Origin: Candidatus Uhrbacteria bacterium
GTDB taxonomy: Bacteria; Patescibacteriota; Patescibacteriia; UBA9934
NCBI GenBank assembly: GCA_003518105.1
Contig: DOZH01000005.1
Span: 40,513-104,512 of the forward strand
Direction: 5' to 3'
DNA: 64,000 nt
Made by a program: the position numbers and the translations under genes. Each line of letters begins with the position of its first letter. The first letter of the stretch is position 1. The notes beneath the pieces were generated by a model. That model had not been told where the DNA came from. It did no database searches and saw only the letters and a program-made list of their open reading frames with translations. Below are positions 9,186 to 16,974 of the stretch, in pieces.

Positions 9186-9494
9186 ATGAAAATTCGTACT
9201 GAAGCTGGTAAGGCCTACAAGTTGGTCGCCGGTGATCGCCTGCGCATCATCGATCGCTCGGATTGCGGCTACGGTTCGTTCAATCTGGAGCTGGAATCGG
9301 CTGTACGCGGCCGTCTTCACTTCATTGAGGATTACGGACCGAACAACTACAGGCGAACCAATGCTCTCTTCTTTTCAGGAGATTGCAGGAACCAGGTTGT
9401 CGACCTCATCTGTTACCTGTCTCACTTGAGCATCGCTCGTCGAGACACCAGCAGTGAGGCGTGCGATTACCTCGAGCTCGCTGCGAGCAAGTGA
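9186..9494 (+). CDS. Hypothetical protein
   Basis: ORF open from 9165. The ATG at 9186 follows CGGCACGGAGCACATC, as in sister genes. 102 aa (MKIRTEAGKAYKLVAGDRLRIID...). Confidence 0.5.
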   Translation: MKIRTEAGKAYKLVAGDRLRIIDRSDCGYGSFNLELESAVRGRLHFIEDYGPNNYRRTNALFFSGDCRNQVVDLICYLSHLSIARRDTSSEACDYLELAASK

Positions 9495-9500
9495 GCCCCT

Positions 9501-9585
9501 GCGTGAGGGTCGAGTGCTGCACCGCACTTCCCTCGCGCCCCTTTCCAAGTCGTGGATTATCGACGCTTTGGATTCGGTCTTCAAC
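9501..9585 (+). promoter_or_regulatory. Intercistronic double-hairpin element, copy 4
   Basis: GCGTGAGGGTC-GAGTGC-tgcacc-GCACTT-CCCTCGCGC. The second hairpin is weakened (GTCG...CGAC). Confidence 0.65.
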
Positions 9586-9598
9586 TAACAAACCAAAT

Positions 9599-10291
9599 AT
9601 GACCACCGTCGCCGCCACAGACCTCAACTACCATCGTTATTCCCTCACCAAATACGATCGCGACATCGTCAACGCTATTCCCTTTCATCGCGAGCTTCAT
9701 GAGCGCCTCGTGTCTATCATCGAAGCTCATTTTGCCGCCACAAAAACCTACAACATCCTGGACCTCGGCGTCGGCACCGGCCTCACGACCAAGCTCATCA
9801 AAGACTATTTACCCCAGTCGCATTTTGACGTCGTCGACTTCTCCGACAACATGTTGCAATGCGCCAAACAACGCCTCGGCCCAGTCAACGTTGATTATTT
9901 CTTAGGTGACTATGCCCTCCTCGACTTCACCAAAAAATACGACCTGATTACTTCCGTCATCGGCTTACATCACCAAGACATGGCTGGCAAGCGCATACTC
10001 TTCGCTAAAATCTATAATCTCCTTGAGCCCGGTGGCCTCTTCATCTTAGGCGACCTCATGACGCACCAAAACCCGCAGCTTAACGCCGTAGCCACAGCTC
10101 GCCACTATCATCACCTAGTCGAGCGCGCCACAGACGAGCAAACTCTCACCGACTGGGCGCACCATCATCTCTATCTCAACCAACTCGACACTCTCGAGGA
10201 TCAAAAGCTGTGGCTCGAATCAGCCGGCCTCAAGGTCGAAGTCGCTTTTCAAGAGTGGCACACGGCATTGCTTGTTTGTCGCAAAACCTAA
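9599..10291 (+). CDS. Class I SAM-dependent methyltransferase (last gene of cargo operon 2)
   Basis: Motif I ILDLGVGTGLTTKLI and LEPGGLFILGDL. ORF open from 9461, but that stretch overlaps the upstream element; the ATG at 9599 is preferred. Confidence 0.75.
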   Translation: MTTVAATDLNYHRYSLTKYDRDIVNAIPFHRELHERLVSIIEAHFAATKTYNILDLGVGTGLTTKLIKDYLPQSHFDVVDFSDNMLQCAKQRLGPVNVDYFLGDYALLDFTKKYDLITSVIGLHHQDMAGKRILFAKIYNLLEPGGLFILGDLMTHQNPQLNAVATARHYHHLVERATDEQTLTDWAHHHLYLNQLDTLEDQKLWLESAGLKVEVAFQEWHTALLVCRKT

Positions 10292-11049
10292 TACCCCGTC
10301 GTCCACACAATCTGCCAAATCATTTTGAGCGTTTTCGCAATCGCCTTACTTTCAAGAGTTAACGCAAACTCTTCATCTTGCGTATAAGAAATAAAACAGA
10401 CCACGTTATCATACAGTAACACCTCGCCCTCAAAGTTGTAGGTCGACGCTGGTACCAGACGCGACTCTCGGTCATGAGTTGCGTCTTTTGCTTTAAAAGC
10501 GTAGCCCTCGGCATTATCCGGAATAATCACGCGACCACTTACGTCATTTTTTTTGCGTTGTACTCGATACTCATTTTCCCAAAACTCATTTAACACTTTA
10601 GATCTCGCTGTTAATCTTTCAACTCCCACAAACGCCGCAATCGCCTTCTCTTTACTCAGCAACGAATCTCGATAAACATTTTTAATCCCTTCAACCCCTT
10701 CCACATACTTAATCTTCGGCTTAAAAACCCCATTCCGGCTAAGCGACAATAACTCCGGCAACAAATCGTCGAGCTTGGCTAATCTATTCTTCAGCAACAA
10801 CGCCAACTTCTCTGGTGGCTCAGCCACATATAACGCCCGCTTCCCCGTCACACTCTTCGTTAATAGTTGTTTCTCCCCCAGTCTCTCCACCACTCCATAA
10901 AGCGTAGTTCTATTGAGTTTGGTCTTCCTCGCCATCTCTAAAACACTGGCCGGTCCCAGCTCCAAACAGGCCGCATAAACCACCGCTTCATCTTCCTCAA
11001 GACCAATATTCTTCAGTTCTTCGTTCAAGTTTAACATATATGTCGGCAA
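10288..11049 (-). CDS. TrmB-family HTH transcriptional regulator (paralog 3)
   Basis: LKNIGLEEDEAVVYAACLELGPASVLEMARKTKLNRTTLYGVVERLGEKQLL. Confidence 0.75.
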   Translation of the reverse strand: MPTYMLNLNEELKNIGLEEDEAVVYAACLELGPASVLEMARKTKLNRTTLYGVVERLGEKQLLTKSVTGKRALYVAEPPEKLALLLKNRLAKLDDLLPELLSLSRNGVFKPKIKYVEGVEGIKNVYRDSLLSKEKAIAAFVGVERLTARSKVLNEFWENEYRVQRKKNDVSGRVIIPDNAEGYAFKAKDATHDRESRLVPASTYNFEGEVLLYDNVVCFISYTQDEEFALTLESKAIAKTLKMIWQIVWTTGY

Positions 11050-11130
11050 TTATGACAACAGAAATATAGCATATAATCCCAAAATTAACAACAAATAGCC
11101 AAAACAGCGAACACCATCACCATAAATCTG

Positions 11131-11159
11131 TCGACAATCACGACAAATTATGCTATATT
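11131..11159 (+). promoter_or_regulatory. sigma70-like promoter of cargo operon 3
   Basis: TCGACA, 17-nt spacer, TATATT. Confidence 0.4.
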
Positions 11160-11218
11160 ACTCAGTTCGAGGTCGCGGCATTCCGCCATAGCTGAGAACA
11201 TCACCACTGGAGTCAATC

Positions 11219-11764
11219 ATGCGCAGTTCTTTCATTCTCAGCAGCGAATCCCGGGGCGTACTCGTGGTTGGTCCGAATACCACCGAACGCTTATCCGGCA
11301 CCTGTTTTCGTGGCGGTCGCCAGGCCGGAGACTTCCTCCACTGGCGTTCCCCCGACGATGTCTTCGCCGACGAATACGTGCGACGCGAATTTCTGGCCGA
11401 CGTTGGTGAAGTGATCGGGCAGCGCGGGCAAGACCGGGCACGGCGCTCGCAAAGCTTGACCATCGTCTGTCCCGGTCAGATCGGTTGGCGCGGCACTCAT
11501 CCGAGTTCACTCTACAGCGCCCAGCAGCTCGAGCAGTTCCAGCCGAATAGGCGGAGCACGGCCTGGCGAATCAAGCCGGGCGTGGCTCTAGCACCGCTGA
11601 CTCACGATCTCACCATCATCTACGACCTGTTGTGGAATGACGACGATGAGTGGGCGGTGATTGTGGGCTCGATGTACCCCGGTCCCGACATCGGTGTCCT
11701 GCGCGGTAACATCACCGAGAACGAAGGCATTGTGTTCTTTGCTTGGGACAACCCCGGCGAGTAA
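11219..11764 (+). CDS. Hypothetical protein (GC-rich cargo 3)
   Basis: 181-aa ORF after GGAGTCAATC. No recognisable motif. Three overlapping minus-strand ORFs look like GC artefacts. Confidence 0.5.
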   Translation: MRSSFILSSESRGVLVVGPNTTERLSGTCFRGGRQAGDFLHWRSPDDVFADEYVRREFLADVGEVIGQRGQDRARRSQSLTIVCPGQIGWRGTHPSSLYSAQQLEQFQPNRRSTAWRIKPGVALAPLTHDLTIIYDLLWNDDDEWAVIVGSMYPGPDIGVLRGNITENEGIVFFAWDNPGE

Positions 11765-11779
11765 GTCGAATGAGTTCGT

Positions 11780-11870
11780 GGCGTGAGCGTTAAGAAGATT
11801 CCCGTAGACTTCTCAGCTCTCGCGCCCCCTTCCGAGCTGGCGAATAATCGTCATCTCGGAATCGCAACAT
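11780..11870 (+). promoter_or_regulatory. Intercistronic double-hairpin element, copy 5 (divergent)
   Basis: GGCGTGAG...AGAAG-attcccgtaga-CTTCT...CTCGCGCC, then CCCTTCCGAG...CTCGGAA. Same lower stem and CCCTTCCGAG box, different upper stem. Confidence 0.6.
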
Positions 11871-11889
11871 CACATCATCGAGGTTCACC

Positions 11890-12360
11890 GTGAAAATTCT
11901 CATCATCGAAGATGACCCCAAGCACTTCGCCGACGCCAACGCTTTCTTCTTTGGTCGCGAAGGCATCACCGAACTGGTCGTAGTCAAGACTTTTGACGAC
12001 GCACGCCCACACCTCTTCGACAGCGAGTATTTGAAAAGGAAAGCAGCTGACGGAGTGATTTCTGACGTCACCTTCCCGCGCTGGTACCTTTCAAAAAAGC
12101 CGTTGCAGATCGGCGTCGCCATCATGTCGCTTTGTCAAAAGCGTGGCATCCCCTGCGTGCTCAACACCGACGGCTACCATCACAACGACGAACTCGATTG
12201 GATCTGTACGTTGGGGCGTGAACTCGATTGGCCTGAAATAGTCGATTGTGGCAATCATCCGGATCAGCGAATTGAGACCAAGGACTGGGATTTGGCTTGG
12301 TCGACGCTACAAGAGTTGATGGCCGCAAAAGCCGTTACTACAGCGGTCGGTGCCCCTTAA
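11890..12360 (+). CDS. Receiver (CheY-like) domain-like protein, stand-alone
   Basis: GTG start. MKILIIEDDP...GVISDVTFP resembles a REC-domain N-terminus and phospho-acceptor region. The assignment is tentative. Confidence 0.4.
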   Translation: MKILIIEDDPKHFADANAFFFGREGITELVVVKTFDDARPHLFDSEYLKRKAADGVISDVTFPRWYLSKKPLQIGVAIMSLCQKRGIPCVLNTDGYHHNDELDWICTLGRELDWPEIVDCGNHPDQRIETKDWDLAWSTLQELMAAKAVTTAVGAP

Positions 12361-12421
12361 GCACATCGTAAAAAGCCGGACTCAGGGATGCACTCCCCGA
12401 GCCCGGCTCTTCTTGTTCATA

Positions 12422-12610
12422 TTATTTTCTACCCGATTTTTTTTCTACTTCTCCCTCAACTAATTCTCTACCAGACCACCTACCAATGCGTGCGCCACAA
12501 TCTTGGCAGTCAATTTCGCTCACACCATCATAATATTCTGGACTTAGTCTATCATATTCCACCATCATAAGATTATTACCACCGCACTTTTTACAGCTGG
12601 CTGTATCCAT
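12422..12610 (-). CDS. Small zinc-ribbon protein
   Basis: 62 aa with CKKCGG...CQDCGA (two CxxC pairs). Sits 11 nt downstream of the Fic gene on the same strand. Confidence 0.5.
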   Translation of the reverse strand: MDTASCKKCGGNNLMMVEYDRLSPEYYDGVSEIDCQDCGARIGRWSGRELVEGEVEKKSGRK

Positions 12611-12621
12611 AAATCAGCAGA

Positions 12622-13794
12622 TTAATTTCTATTAAGTGATGGCGGTACAAATCCATTTTGTTCTAGAACGTAGAATATACCCCTTAGTAAATAACTATTA
12701 ATAAAACCAATTGTGTAGACTCTGCTTTTACCCGGCACTGCTATTAGCATTTTCTTATCTTTTAAGCGCTTGAGAATGCGTGACCGTTGGACGGCTGACT
12801 CCTCGCCAATTATTACGTCTAAATCAGCCGACTTAAGTAGCATTTGCTCATGTCTAACTAGAGCACTAAGAATATCAAATTCTCTCTTTGTGATCAACTG
12901 TCGCTCGGCCGAATATTTGAGTGCAGGCAATAGAATAATTTCTGTCATGTACTTCAGGTCTAACAAACGATCAATTTTCTCAATCTCATTCTTTAGACCT
13001 CCTAATACATATAAACACCAAGCCAATACCTTGTCTTTTTCGCCAGTATCAGCTAGTGCCAAATTCTTATAGTATTCATTTCTATCCATGCAGAAAATTG
13101 CGGTTGGATTCAATATTCGTCCGTTGTGAACCTTGAATCCTTGCTTGATCAACATGGCATAAGTAAACATTCTAATCAATCGTCCGTTACCATTATCAAA
13201 AGGATGGATCCAGGCCATGCGGTGGTGTGACAAGGCCGTGACCAATAAATCATTTTGTAGGCTGGTAGGAGTATTGACGAACTTGAGAAGTTCAGTGAAA
13301 TATTCAGGTACCTTAAGTTTGTCTGTTGGTTTATGTAATGATCCTTGGATACTGATATTGATTGGCCGTAATTCTCCGGGGAATCTCGACCCCTCACCTT
13401 TAGGGGGCGGAGTAAGACCTTTTACAATTATTTTGTGAATTTCAGAGACTAAAGCTCGAGTAATATCACCACCCTCAGTCACGTTATCCTCAATGAACTT
13501 AATAGCTCGTTCAATATTGAAAATCTCACGAATACCCTCTTCCTTTGTGTCTCTTGGGACTTGTTCAATAATCCTCTCAACAAATTCAGCTAGTGTAGTA
13601 TGGTTACCCTCTATTCGCGCCGATCCCAGGCTTTCCATCATCTGAAATATCCCTTTTAACTGAAAGAAGATATAGGCTGGGACTGGCCCACCTAACTTTT
13701 TAACTCGCAGTTTCTCTAGTTCAACTATCGTGCTGGCAAGTTCCGAAGCCCAGGCTGGTTCAAATATTTTTAGAGGAATCTCATTGAGAACCAT
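12622..13794 (-). CDS. Fic family protein (adenylyltransferase-type fold)
   Basis: Canonical Fic motif HPFDNGNGRLIR, in an AT-rich segment. Confidence 0.85.
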   Translation of the reverse strand: MVLNEIPLKIFEPAWASELASTIVELEKLRVKKLGGPVPAYIFFQLKGIFQMMESLGSARIEGNHTTLAEFVERIIEQVPRDTKEEGIREIFNIERAIKFIEDNVTEGGDITRALVSEIHKIIVKGLTPPPKGEGSRFPGELRPINISIQGSLHKPTDKLKVPEYFTELLKFVNTPTSLQNDLLVTALSHHRMAWIHPFDNGNGRLIRMFTYAMLIKQGFKVHNGRILNPTAIFCMDRNEYYKNLALADTGEKDKVLAWCLYVLGGLKNEIEKIDRLLDLKYMTEIILLPALKYSAERQLITKREFDILSALVRHEQMLLKSADLDVIIGEESAVQRSRILKRLKDKKMLIAVPGKSRVYTIGFINSYLLRGIFYVLEQNGFVPPSLNRN

Positions 13795-13931
13795 ATTATT
13801 TACATATTAAGATTAAATTAATTAACATTATATACATATTACCCCTATAAAACAAGGCGAAACACAATAATTAAAATAACCTGATTTAACACTGGTAAAT
13901 CAGGTTATTTATCATTTATCCACAGTCGCAC

Positions 13932-15221
13932 TTACTTCACCATCTTCTCTTTCAAAAGGTCGATGGTCTTCCGGTTCACCATCTGGCGTTCGATGTAATC
14001 CCGATACTGTGGCTCGTAAATCTGCTTAGCAGCCTCGGCATCATCCTTATACTGCTCCGCAATCTTGTCGAGCTCAGCGTCGACCACGGCGGCGTCGACC
14101 ATCACCTTATCGTCAGCGGAAATCTTCTTCAAAATAATTCCCACCTTGATCCGTTGCAGCGCGGCTGGTGTGAAATCAATTTTGAGGTCGGTCAATGACT
14201 TATTGATGGAGGCCAAGTACTGTGTGAAGTCCATGCCCTGGCTCGTCACCTGGTGTTCCAACTCATGCGTCATCTTTTCAATCTCTTGGTTGACGAGCAA
14301 ATCTGGAATAATATCGAACGTCGACTTGTCGGCCACGAGGTCGAGCACCGCCTTGTCCAAGCGACGAGCTTCTTCAATCACATTCTCGGCACGCAAGTTT
14401 TCCATGAGCTTCTCTTCCATCTCACTCGCACTCGTCAAGCCAACGGTCACAGCAAAAGCGTCGTCGAACATTGGTGGCTGCAACAAGAAAATTTCATTCA
14501 ACTTGATGGTGAAATCGACTGGCTGACCAGCCAAGTGCTTCTGGTAGTGCTCCTCTGGGAAGTTCAAGGTGAAAGTTTTCTCGTCGCCTTCCTTCAAACC
14601 CAAAATCTCATCCACAAAACCTGGCACATAGTAACTCTCGTTCGTAAACACGCCGTGGTTCTTGCTCTCGCCGCCTTCCAGTACCACGCCATCTTTCTTC
14701 ATGGTCAAGTTTACAATCGCCTTATCACCCATGGTCAAAGCGCGACCAGCCTCTGCCTTCACCTCTTTGGTCTGCATCCGCACAATGTCGGCCTTGGCTT
14801 GTTCGAGTAACTCTTTTGTTGGCTCCGTGTCCTTCTTCTCGACGGACAACTTAGTCCAATCCGCCAACTTGGTGATCTGTGGCATCAAAGCAATTTCGGC
14901 TGTGTAAATAAATTCATTATCTGGGGCTAGCTTCTCCATGGCAAAAAATGGCTGACCAACCACGTCCAAGTCCGCTTCCACCATCGCTGCCACAAAGGTC
15001 TGACGCACCAAATCTTCTGTGGCATGCTCCAAAATAGCCATCTCACCAATTTTTTGCTTAATGGCTTCGTAAGGTGCCTTGCCCGGACGATAACCAGGAA
15101 TGGTGACGTCCTCGGCCATATGTTCGGCCGCTACGTGACAGGCCTCGGTTACTTCTTCTGCTGGGATAGTCACGGTGATCTTAGCCTTGTTCTCGGGGAG
15201 CTGTTCAACAACGTATGACAT
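13932..15221 (-). CDS. tig: Trigger factor
   Basis: MSYVVEQLPENKAKITVTIPAEEV and the central FKBP-like region, with typical length. ORF open to 15272, but the ATG at 15221 fits the family N-terminus. Confidence 0.85.
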   Translation of the reverse strand: MSYVVEQLPENKAKITVTIPAEEVTEACHVAAEHMAEDVTIPGYRPGKAPYEAIKQKIGEMAILEHATEDLVRQTFVAAMVEADLDVVGQPFFAMEKLAPDNEFIYTAEIALMPQITKLADWTKLSVEKKDTEPTKELLEQAKADIVRMQTKEVKAEAGRALTMGDKAIVNLTMKKDGVVLEGGESKNHGVFTNESYYVPGFVDEILGLKEGDEKTFTLNFPEEHYQKHLAGQPVDFTIKLNEIFLLQPPMFDDAFAVTVGLTSASEMEEKLMENLRAENVIEEARRLDKAVLDLVADKSTFDIIPDLLVNQEIEKMTHELEHQVTSQGMDFTQYLASINKSLTDLKIDFTPAALQRIKVGIILKKISADDKVMVDAAVVDAELDKIAEQYKDDAEAAKQIYEPQYRDYIERQMVNRKTIDLLKEKMVK

Positions 15222-15366
15222 AAAGAAAATTTCAGCTGATTCTAAGTCGCCAGAGTATAGGCAACTTGACAAATACTGTCAATTACTCTGCTACTGTTAG
15301 CCAAATTAAATATAAATTTTAAACAACATACTTTGACCAGCCAGGGCTTTCGAGCTATCCTAGTAG

Positions 15367-16755
15367 TTGTTATTCTTGACCCATAGGCATATTCCTACTC
15401 TCAAGAACATCTTCGTCCGTTTTGGTTTAGTCGTCGTTCGTACTTTAGTGCGCACGAAGTCGCTTGGTTTGCGCAGCCTCAAAGTCGTCGGCCGACCCTT
15501 CTTGGCCGTCGGTCGGGTTGTCTTACCGCATCTCGTTGTTCCTGTTTATCATGGCCTTTATCTTCTCCGTCGTCGCTTAGAACACTGGTATCGTCCGGCC
15601 AAGAACCGCTTCATGTATGCCCTCGCCAACCGCCACATGCTCCACGTTGTGGCTGTAGTTATTGCCGTTGTGGCTGGTGTCGTTAATTTCCAGTTGGGTA
15701 CCGTACGCGCCGAAACCTATGGCCAACGCAGCCTTATGTACGGATTAGCCACCCAACATTCCGAGCAACTCACGGACGAATATGCCAACGTCAACCGCAT
15801 TAATACTTCAACTCCTATAAAATATTTAGCTGGTACCACACTCACGCCATCTTTGGATGCTAATACTCTTGTTGGTTATGAGCAGGCCAGTGGTTCCATG
15901 GTGATTGGCAGTAGCTCACTTTCAGCTCTAACTATCGCCGACGGTAGCGCTAGCGTTGCTCCTCGTGAAAAGATTGAGACTTATATAGTCGGCAGCGGCG
16001 ATACCCTTTCCACCATCGCTTCCCGCTATGGCATTAGTCTTAATACCTTACTGTGGGCTAATAACCTTACTTCGCGTTCGCTCGTTAAACCTGGCCAATC
16101 ACTCACCATTTTACCAGTCTCTGGTATTGCTGCCACGGTTAAAAAAGGCGACACCATCGGGCGCATTGCTAGTCTTTACAAGGTCGACCAAAGCAAAATT
16201 ATTGCCTACAACAAGCTTGACGCTAGTGGCACTTTAACCGTTGGCCAGCAGGTTATTATTCCTGGTGGTTCTGCTCTTTACGTCGCCCCAGCCGTCAAAA
16301 CAAACACTGCTGGTCGCGTTCTGACAGCCGTACCAACTACCACCAAGCCTTCCACTACTCGCTATGCCGGCGCCAAAATGCTTTGGCCAACCGATCTCAC
16401 CTACATTGTACGCGGCCTCAGTTGGTCTCACAGCGGCCTCGATGTCGATTGTAACGGCCATAGCAACGGTACTTCCACCAACGACAACTACGCCGCCATG
16501 GATGGTGTCGTCTCCTATTCTGGTTGGCGCAGTGGTTATGGTAATACTGTAGAAATTCAGCACTCCAATGGTCTCATGACTCGTTACGGTCACCACTATT
16601 CTCTCTACGTTAAAACTGGCCAAACCGTCACCGCTGGTACTCCCCTCGGTCGCTGTGGTTCAACAGGTACCTCAACCGGCACTCACCTGCACTTCGAAGT
16701 TATCGGTCAGGGCGGACGCCGCGACTTCCGCAACCCACTTGAATTCCTCCGCTAA
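15367..16755 (+). CDS. LysM-domain M23 family metallopeptidase
   Basis: Two LysM repeats (GDTLSTIASRYGISLNTLLWANNL; GDTIGRIASLYKVDQSKIIAYNKL). M23 signature GYGNTVEIQHSNGLMTRYGH...GSTGTSTGTHLHFEV. The N-terminal start is uncertain (TTG). Confidence 0.85.
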   Translation: MLFLTHRHIPTLKNIFVRFGLVVVRTLVRTKSLGLRSLKVVGRPFLAVGRVVLPHLVVPVYHGLYLLRRRLEHWYRPAKNRFMYALANRHMLHVVAVVIAVVAGVVNFQLGTVRAETYGQRSLMYGLATQHSEQLTDEYANVNRINTSTPIKYLAGTTLTPSLDANTLVGYEQASGSMVIGSSSLSALTIADGSASVAPREKIETYIVGSGDTLSTIASRYGISLNTLLWANNLTSRSLVKPGQSLTILPVSGIAATVKKGDTIGRIASLYKVDQSKIIAYNKLDASGTLTVGQQVIIPGGSALYVAPAVKTNTAGRVLTAVPTTTKPSTTRYAGAKMLWPTDLTYIVRGLSWSHSGLDVDCNGHSNGTSTNDNYAAMDGVVSYSGWRSGYGNTVEIQHSNGLMTRYGHHYSLYVKTGQTVTAGTPLGRCGSTGTSTGTHLHFEVIGQGGRRDFRNPLEFLR

Positions 16756-16793
16756 ATTTTTTAGCAAGACGGAGGCCTTTAGCAGTGGGGAGA

Positions 16794-16972
16794 CTTCTGG
16801 CCGGGACGAGGGCATTACAATAAATTTCCTCTAGTCGGGTGACGCGAAGGGAGGCCCCCGGGCGGCGCGCAGCTTGCGAGCACAGAACGGGGTCCGCAGC
16901 GGCAGGACCCGACGAAGTCCGTTACCAAATAGCCCTCGTCGAACTCTTCGAACCCGGTAAGAGCTATGACTT
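16794..16972 (+). ncRNA. Candidate structured RNA (unidentified), strand uncertain
   Basis: GC-rich island between two convergent genes. Long closing helix GACGAGGGC (16803-16811) / GCCCTCGTC (16930-16938), flanked by CCGGG/CCCGG. Inner helices GTCGGGT/ACCCGAC and GGGTCC/GGACCC. Confidence 0.3.
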
Positions 16973-16974
16973 CT

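Noticed and set aside
7948-9598. Considered whether the repeated inter-gene elements are integron attC sites and the small same-strand ORFs an integron cassette array.
   Set aside because: The element folds as two separate local hairpins, not one long imperfect hairpin pairing its two ends. I found no RYYYAAC / GTTRRRY core sites at the borders and no intI gene adjacent. Primary sequence between the hairpins is too conserved for attC sites.
12388-12570. 60-aa plus-strand ORF overlapping the zinc-ribbon gene region.
   Set aside because: It is antisense to the better-supported CxxC...CxxC ORF that is coupled to Fic. The translation is hydrophobic and low-complexity with no start context.
16794-16972. 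tmRNA, because the 5' end GGGGAGACUUCUGGCCGGGACGAGGG resembles tmRNA 5' termini.
   Set aside because: Only about 180 nt are available before the comM-like stop codon. There is no T-arm (GGTTCGA-type) and no 3' strand complementary to the putative acceptor followed by ACCA. No tag reading frame ends in a typical ...AA stop.
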